Origin: an uncultured Verrucomicrobiales bacterium
Lineage (GTDB): Bacteria; Verrucomicrobiota; Verrucomicrobiia; Limisphaerales; UBA1100
Length of the DNA stretch: 50,918 nt
Assembly (NCBI GenBank): GCA_913042895.1
Contig: CAJWMQ010000003.1
Coordinates: 1-50,918, forward strand
Direction of reading: 5' to 3'
Every line of letters begins with the position of its first letter. Positions within the stretch are counted from its first letter, which is position 1. The position numbers were made by a program, and so were the translations under genes. Below, piece by piece: positions 45,678 to 50,918 of this stretch. The notes below the pieces were generated by a model that was not told where the DNA came from, ran no database searches, and was given only the letters and a program-made list of their open reading frames with translations.

Positions 45678-46892
45678 TTGGGAAACAGAAAAAAATCTTT
45701 GATCATTGTGGGAGGCGGAATCGTGGGGTTGGCTACCGCTCGTCAGCTCCTGCATACCCGCCCCGGTTTGAAGGTAACCGTTCTGGAGAAGGAACAAACA
45801 CTGGGACAACATCAAACCAGCCACAATAGTGGAGTGCTTCACTGTGGTCTCTACTACAAGCCCGGCTCACTAAAGGCTCGATTGGCGGTGGATGGAATTC
45901 GGCAAATGGTAGAGTTTTGCCAGAAGCATAATGTTCCGCACGAGATTTGCGGTAAACTTGTGGTCGCGACCGATTCTGAGGAGCTAAGCCGTATGGAAAC
46001 TCTCATGGAACGAGGGATGGCTAATGGCTTGGAGGGAATCCGAAAATTGTCCGGCGATGAATTGCGTGAAATTGAACCGAACTGTGGCGGGATCGGTGCA
46101 TTACAAGTGCCTCAGGAGGGGATTGTGGATTATCCGGCTGTGGTACAGGCCATGGCTTCGGATATAAAGCAGCGGGGAGGGCGAATTGTTACTAACGCTC
46201 ATGTGGCTGATTTGATTCAACGAGATCAGTGGGTTGCTACCACCTCGGCTGGCGATTTCACAGGTGATCTCTTAATTAACTGCGCGGGGCTTCACTGTGA
46301 CCGAGTGAGTCAGCTTGCCGGACACAAAAGATCGGTTCGAATCGTTCCCTTTCGAGGGGAGTATTATCAACTCAAACCATCCAGTCGCCATCTGGTTCGT
46401 CACCTCATCTATCCTGTGCCCGATCCAAAGTTTCCTTTTCTGGGTGTCCACTTTACCCGAATGATTCATGGAGGCATAGAGGCCGGACCCAATGCTGTTC
46501 TGGCTTTTGCCCGCGAAGGTTACACCAATACTCAGGTCAACCTCCGTGATCTGGCTGACGCCCTTACATTCCCGGGGTTGTGGAAGTTTTTGTGGAAACA
46601 TCCAGGAATGGCGGCTCAGGAATTACGGGGGTCTTTCAGTAAGAAATATTTTTGTCGCCTGCTGCAAAAGCTTGTCCCTAAAATTACCGTGGACGACCTG
46701 GAGACAGGTGGCGCCGGGGTACGCGCGCAAGCCATGGCCCCGGTGGGTGCACTTGTCCAAGACTTTCACTTTGTGCGGGGGCATCAGTCTCTCCATGTCT
46801 TGAATGCGCCTTCTCCGGCGGCCACCGCTTCATTGGCAATTGGTGATGAAATAATCCAGCAACTTAATGCAATCTTAGAACCACCCAATTAG
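45678..46892 (+). CDS. lhgO: L-2-hydroxyglutarate oxidase (FAD-dependent)
   Basis: IVGGGIVG, HQTSHNSGVLH.GLYY, PFRGEYY, YPVPDPKFPFLGVH, GVRAQA, NAPSPAATASL. Confidence 0.92.
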   Translation: MGNRKKSLIIVGGGIVGLATARQLLHTRPGLKVTVLEKEQTLGQHQTSHNSGVLHCGLYYKPGSLKARLAVDGIRQMVEFCQKHNVPHEICGKLVVATDSEELSRMETLMERGMANGLEGIRKLSGDELREIEPNCGGIGALQVPQEGIVDYPAVVQAMASDIKQRGGRIVTNAHVADLIQRDQWVATTSAGDFTGDLLINCAGLHCDRVSQLAGHKRSVRIVPFRGEYYQLKPSSRHLVRHLIYPVPDPKFPFLGVHFTRMIHGGIEAGPNAVLAFAREGYTNTQVNLRDLADALTFPGLWKFLWKHPGMAAQELRGSFSKKYFCRLLQKLVPKITVDDLETGGAGVRAQAMAPVGALVQDFHFVRGHQSLHVLNAPSPAATASLAIGDEIIQQLNAILEPPN

Positions 46893-46957
46893 TTTTTTGA
46901 GAATAAGAGATTAAACTGGCGTATCACTCTTACGAGGAGTATCTGAATGATTCGGTC

Positions 46958-48445
46958 ATGATTCGCACTATAGTATCGGTATTTTATTTGGTGACGATGA
47001 CTGTGTTTTCGGCAGAGAAGCCGAACATTATTTTCATCATGGCAGATGATATGGGGTATGGGGATGTGGGCTGTTACAACGCAGGCTCGAAAATCCCGAC
47101 GCCGCACATGGATCGGCTGGCACGGGAGGGAATGCGATTTACCGATGCGCATAGTTCGGCGGCATTTTGTACACCCTCCAGATACGCGCTGCTTACCGGG
47201 CGGTATTGCTGGCGTACCCGCCTGCAGAAAAGTGTGCTATTCAATTTCGAGCCACCCTTGATCGAGCGCGACCGCATGACTCTGGCGTCGTTACTCCAGC
47301 AAAACGGCTATCGCACGGGCCTGTTCGGCAAATGGCATTTGGGCCTCGGCTTCACGGCCAAGCCGGGGCAGCAGGTGGATTTTAAGAAACCGCTTCCGTG
47401 GTATCACGGGCCGGATCCGGGCCGCGCGATGAGCGAGAGTATCGACTTTACCAAGGCGGTCTTTGGTGGACCGGAAGTGTTGGGGTTTGAGGAGACTTTT
47501 TACACGACTGGTTGTTCTACGGATCAGCAACCGTTTTGCTTTATCGCCAACGGCAAATTCCTCGGGATGGAAGGCACGACCTATCGTAATCCGGCCGGCA
47601 GTTGGCGCTCGGGCATGGCGGCGCGCGTGTGGGATAACGCGACGGTGGATGTGCGCTTCACCGACGCAGCTGTGCGCTTCATCGCCGCAGCCGATGCTAC
47701 GCCAAAGCAGCAGCAAAGGCGGCCGTTCTTTCTCTATCTTCCACTGTCCGCGCCGCATTCACCGCACTTGGTTCCCCAGTTTGCCGCGGGCAAAAGCCAG
47801 GCCGGCGTGCGGGGCGATATGGTGTGGCTGGTGGATCAATGTGTGGGCCGCGTGTTAGCGGCGCTGGAGAAACACGGGCTGTCGAAAAGTACATTGCTGA
47901 TTGTCACGAGCGACAACGGACCCTTGATTGGTTCGGTCAAGATCGGCGAACGCGAAGGCACCGCACAGATCAGTAATGAACATCAATCCGCCGGCAACCT
48001 GCGCGGCTACAAGGGGCGACCGTTTGAAGGCGGGCATCGCGTGCCGTTTATCGTGCGCTGGCCCGGCCGCATCGCGAAGGGCGCGGTGAATGACGACACC
48101 TTTTGCCACGTGGACATGATGGCGAGCACCGCGGCGTTGATCGGCTTGACGTTGCCCGAGGGCGCGGGTGAAGACAGTGAAAATCTGTTGCCGGCATTTT
48201 TCGGCCAACCCACCCGGCGCGGGCCGATGGTCAATCAGGCCGGCAACGGCGTGAAGACGCTGCGCGATGGCCCGTGGAAAATTATCTTCGGCCAAGGCGC
48301 CAACCGTGTGCGTCCGGATCAAGGCAAGGGGATGTTGTTTAATCTGAAAACGGATCCCTACGAAACCACCGACCTGTGGGACCTCCATCCGGATCGCGTG
48401 CAGGCCATGCGGCAGTTGTTCGCAACCATTCAGGCCGGCCGGTAA
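46958..48445 (+). CDS. Secreted S1 arylsulfatase
   Basis: KPNIIFIMADDMGYGD, CTPSRYALLTGRY, GKWHLG, APHSP, SDNGP, EGGHRVP. Confidence 0.92.
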   Translation: MIRTIVSVFYLVTMTVFSAEKPNIIFIMADDMGYGDVGCYNAGSKIPTPHMDRLAREGMRFTDAHSSAAFCTPSRYALLTGRYCWRTRLQKSVLFNFEPPLIERDRMTLASLLQQNGYRTGLFGKWHLGLGFTAKPGQQVDFKKPLPWYHGPDPGRAMSESIDFTKAVFGGPEVLGFEETFYTTGCSTDQQPFCFIANGKFLGMEGTTYRNPAGSWRSGMAARVWDNATVDVRFTDAAVRFIAAADATPKQQQRRPFFLYLPLSAPHSPHLVPQFAAGKSQAGVRGDMVWLVDQCVGRVLAALEKHGLSKSTLLIVTSDNGPLIGSVKIGEREGTAQISNEHQSAGNLRGYKGRPFEGGHRVPFIVRWPGRIAKGAVNDDTFCHVDMMASTAALIGLTLPEGAGEDSENLLPAFFGQPTRRGPMVNQAGNGVKTLRDGPWKIIFGQGANRVRPDQGKGMLFNLKTDPYETTDLWDLHPDRVQAMRQLFATIQAGR

Positions 48446-48589
48446 AGAGTTGTTTGCGTTTTCGCGCATCAGAGGATGTACCCGCATGCCAGGGGCGGTG
48501 GCAGTGCGGATCATGTCATTGGGGTAAGGGATACCAAGGTAACCATCAAAACCCTAACGCCCTGATTTTGCTTAAAAAAGCGAGTAAGG

Positions 48590-48618
48590 TTGACCTCGCG
48601 AACACTCTGAGAAATGCT
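48590..48618 (+). promoter_or_regulatory. Putative sigma70-like promoter positioned for a leaderless mRNA
   Basis: TTGACC-17-AATGCT-6nt-GTG (48625); same hexamers as upstream of 39010. Confidence 0.6.
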
Positions 48619-48624
48619 GGAGAC

Positions 48625-49986
48625 GTGAACCGGATTTCCACTCTTCTTTTCCTATTATGTATTAACGGACTGCAGGCCAAACAACCGAATGTGGTCATTC
48701 TTTTTACTGATGATCAGGGGACGCTGGATGCGAATTGTTATGGTTCCAAGGATTTGATTACCCCCAATATCGACAAACTGGCTGCCACTGGGGTGCGGTT
48801 TACTCAAGCCTATGCACACACGGTGTGTTGTCCTGCGCGCGCGGCCCTGATGACCGGGCGACACCCGCAGCGCGGTGGGGTGCGTCACTGGACACAGGGT
48901 GACATGAATTCGGCCAAGGGAATTAATATGGCCCTGGAGGAGGTTACTCTGGCTGAGGCATTGAAACCGGCAGGCTACCGCACGGCCTTGTTCGGAAAAT
49001 GGCATCTGGGCGCGCACCGCGATTACGGTCCCCAAAAGCAGGGCTTCGATGAATTCTTCGGGATTCGTGATGGATTCATTGATAACTATAACCATTACTT
49101 CCTGCACGGTACCGGCTTTCATGATCTGTACGAGGGCACCACGCCGGTGAAGGCGCCCGGAAAATATTTTCCGGAAATGATGGTACAACGTTCCTTGAAT
49201 TTTATTGATCAAAACAAAGACCGCCCCTTTTTCCTCTATGTGCCTTTCAATATTCCGCATTACCCGGAGCAGGCACTCAAAAAACATGAGGCGCTCTACA
49301 AGGATATGAAAGACCCCGCCCGCCGTTCCTATGGTGCGATTGTGACTACGACCGATCATTACATCGGTCAGGTGATTGATAAACTGGAGGAACATGGCCT
49401 CCGGGAAAACACGATTGTTATCTACATGAGCGACAACGGGCACTCCGAGGAAACCGGCAACCATATCCGGACTGGTAACCATAAGAGTGGCTACCCCGAG
49501 GGACATTTTTATGGCGCTAGTGGCGGAGGTTCTACCGGTAAGTGGATTGGCCAAAAGGGCAGCTTCCTTGAGGGAGGCGTTCGTGTGCCGGCTGTAATCA
49601 GTTACCCGTCCAAGTTGCCTAAAGGAGCAGTGCGAAATCAGGCAGTGACTGCCATGGACTGGTTTCCCACCGTGCTTGGTCTTTGTGGGGTAAAGCAACC
49701 GGCGAAAGCACCTAAGCTGGATGGGTTCAATATTTTACCTCTTATTCATGATGCCAGGGAGAAATCGAAATACAAAACCCTGCACTTTGCCTGGGGTAAC
49801 AAATGGGCGGTGCGTGAAGGGAACTGGAAACTGATTGGGATGGAAGGTCGACCCAAGGCCACACTTCACAACCTTGCTGATGCCAAGCCTGAAGTGAAGG
49901 ATTACGCGGTGGAAAAACCGGAGGTTGTTGGGCGCCTGCGGGCCCTGCACACGGCTTGGGCGAAGGATGTGAAACCAAAATGGTAA
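48625..49986 (+). CDS. Secreted S1 sulfatase
   Basis: GTG start gives signal MNRISTLLFLLCINGLQA; PNVVILFTDDQG, CCPAR, GKWHLG, PHYP, SDNG. Confidence 0.9.
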   Translation: MNRISTLLFLLCINGLQAKQPNVVILFTDDQGTLDANCYGSKDLITPNIDKLAATGVRFTQAYAHTVCCPARAALMTGRHPQRGGVRHWTQGDMNSAKGINMALEEVTLAEALKPAGYRTALFGKWHLGAHRDYGPQKQGFDEFFGIRDGFIDNYNHYFLHGTGFHDLYEGTTPVKAPGKYFPEMMVQRSLNFIDQNKDRPFFLYVPFNIPHYPEQALKKHEALYKDMKDPARRSYGAIVTTTDHYIGQVIDKLEEHGLRENTIVIYMSDNGHSEETGNHIRTGNHKSGYPEGHFYGASGGGSTGKWIGQKGSFLEGGVRVPAVISYPSKLPKGAVRNQAVTAMDWFPTVLGLCGVKQPAKAPKLDGFNILPLIHDAREKSKYKTLHFAWGNKWAVREGNWKLIGMEGRPKATLHNLADAKPEVKDYAVEKPEVVGRLRALHTAWAKDVKPKW

Positions 49987-50031
49987 TTTTTCAATCGATT
50001 GGTTGTGTATATAATTGAAAGCATTAATCTA

Positions 50032-50918
50032 ATGAAAAATAGTAAACAGAAAGCACGAGGCCTCCGTTGGCTGTTGGCATGCGGATTCATTTTGCAGGCC
50101 GTAAATCTGCAAGCGGCCAAGCCCAACGTTGTATTCATCTTCTCGGACGATCACGCCACCCAGGCCATTTCTGCCTACGGTTCCAAGATCAACCAAACCC
50201 CGAACATCGACCGGATCGCCGAGGAAGGAGCCTTGTTCGAGGCGAACTTTTGCACCAACTCGATCTGCGGTCCAAGCCGGGCCAGTATCCTGACGGGCAA
50301 ACACAGCCACAAGAATGGTTTTAAAAGAAACGGGAACCGTTTCGATCCCGAGCAAATGACTTTTCCCAAGCTCCTTCAAAAGGTCGGCTACCGGACGGCG
50401 GTCTTCGGGAAATGGCACCTCGGCACCAACCCGACGGGTTTTGATCAATGGATGGTCTATCCGGGGCAGGGCAGCTATTACAAACCCGATTACATAACGC
50501 CCGAGGGCAAGAAGGCCATCCCCGGATACTCGGTCGAAGTCACCACCGACCTGGCCCTCGATTTCCTTTCCAAGCAAAAAAAGGATAAACCCTTTTTCCT
50601 CATGTGCCAGTACAAGGCGCCGCACCGCAACTGGATGCCGGGACCCAAGTATCTCACCAAGTACGACGACGTCTCCATCCCCGAGCCCGACACCCTCTTC
50701 GACGACTATTCGAAACGCGCATCCGTACTGGGTAAGCACAAGATGGGAATCGATGCCCACATGTCCTTCTTCTACGACCTCAAGGTCGAGGGTCATGAGG
50801 ACAAGCGTTATGCAAAATACATGAACTCCTTCCTCGGGCGGATGAGCAAGGATCAACGACAAGCTTGGGATGCCGCCTACGGCCCGAAGAACGAAGCTTT
50901 TCGTAAGTCCAACTTGCA
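50032..50918 (+). CDS. Secreted S1 sulfatase, GlcNAc-6-sulfatase-like; 3' end runs off the window (absent from the ORF track)
   Basis: Manual translation from ATG 50032: MKNSKQKARGLRWLLACGFILQAVNLQAAKPNVVFIFSDDH..NSICGPSRASILTG..GKWHLG..KAPHRNW. Confidence 0.9.
   Translation, partial: MKNSKQKARGLRWLLACGFILQAVNLQAAKPNVVFIFSDDHATQAISAYGSKINQTPNIDRIAEEGALFEANFCTNSICGPSRASILTGKHSHKNGFKRNGNRFDPEQMTFPKLLQKVGYRTAVFGKWHLGTNPTGFDQWMVYPGQGSYYKPDYITPEGKKAIPGYSVEVTTDLALDFLSKQKKDKPFFLMCQYKAPHRNWMPGPKYLTKYDDVSIPEPDTLFDDYSKRASVLGKHKMGIDAHMSFFYDLKVEGHEDKRYAKYMNSFLGRMSKDQRQAWDAAYGPKNEAFRKSNL

Noticed and set aside
48376-48624. Extended N-terminus of the 48376..49986 ORF, and a hairpin at 48482..48509
   Set aside because: GTG 48625 gives a clean signal peptide and promoter spacing; the hairpin lacks a U-tract and cannot be assigned a function
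1-50918. CRISPR arrays, tRNA/rRNA, IS elements, integrases, prophage or anti-phage defence genes (EEP proteins considered as defence nucleases)
   Set aside because: No regularly spaced repeats, RNA gene signatures or transposase/integrase motifs seen; both EEP proteins have signal peptides and a catabolic context

Overview
A gene-dense window of about 35 CDS, roughly 55-60% GC by eye. Its protein style fits a PVC-superphylum bacterium, most likely a marine Verrucomicrobiota or Planctomycetota (inference). It is dominated by 19 Cys-type formylglycine-dependent (S1) sulfatases, one of which is cut by the window end and missing from the ORF track. Interleaved with them are a TctC/TctA tripartite tricarboxylate transporter, two alpha/beta-hydrolases, a lactonase-type propeller, PhoD, two EEP-family proteins, L-fuconate dehydratase, a Tat-exported Gfo/Idh/MocA dehydrogenase, DUF1080, ThuA-like and DUF3472-like proteins, an FdhF/YdeP molybdoenzyme and LhgO. 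I saw no rRNA, tRNA, CRISPR array, mobile element, regulator, TonB-dependent receptor or sulfatase maturase. The most notable observations are: (i) a candidate redox (3-keto-glycoside) glycan-cleavage toolkit tied to desulfation, including a sulfatase-DUF1080 fusion with a non-canonical CWVSR signature; (ii) an 83-bp promoter-proximal leader plus signal-peptide cassette shared by two unrelated adjacent genes; (iii) recurrent sigma70-like promoters placed 6-12 nt before start codons, suggesting leaderless or near-leaderless mRNAs; and (iv) an unassigned secreted five-bladed-propeller GH candidate. Family calls come from motif recognition by eye; no database searches were run.
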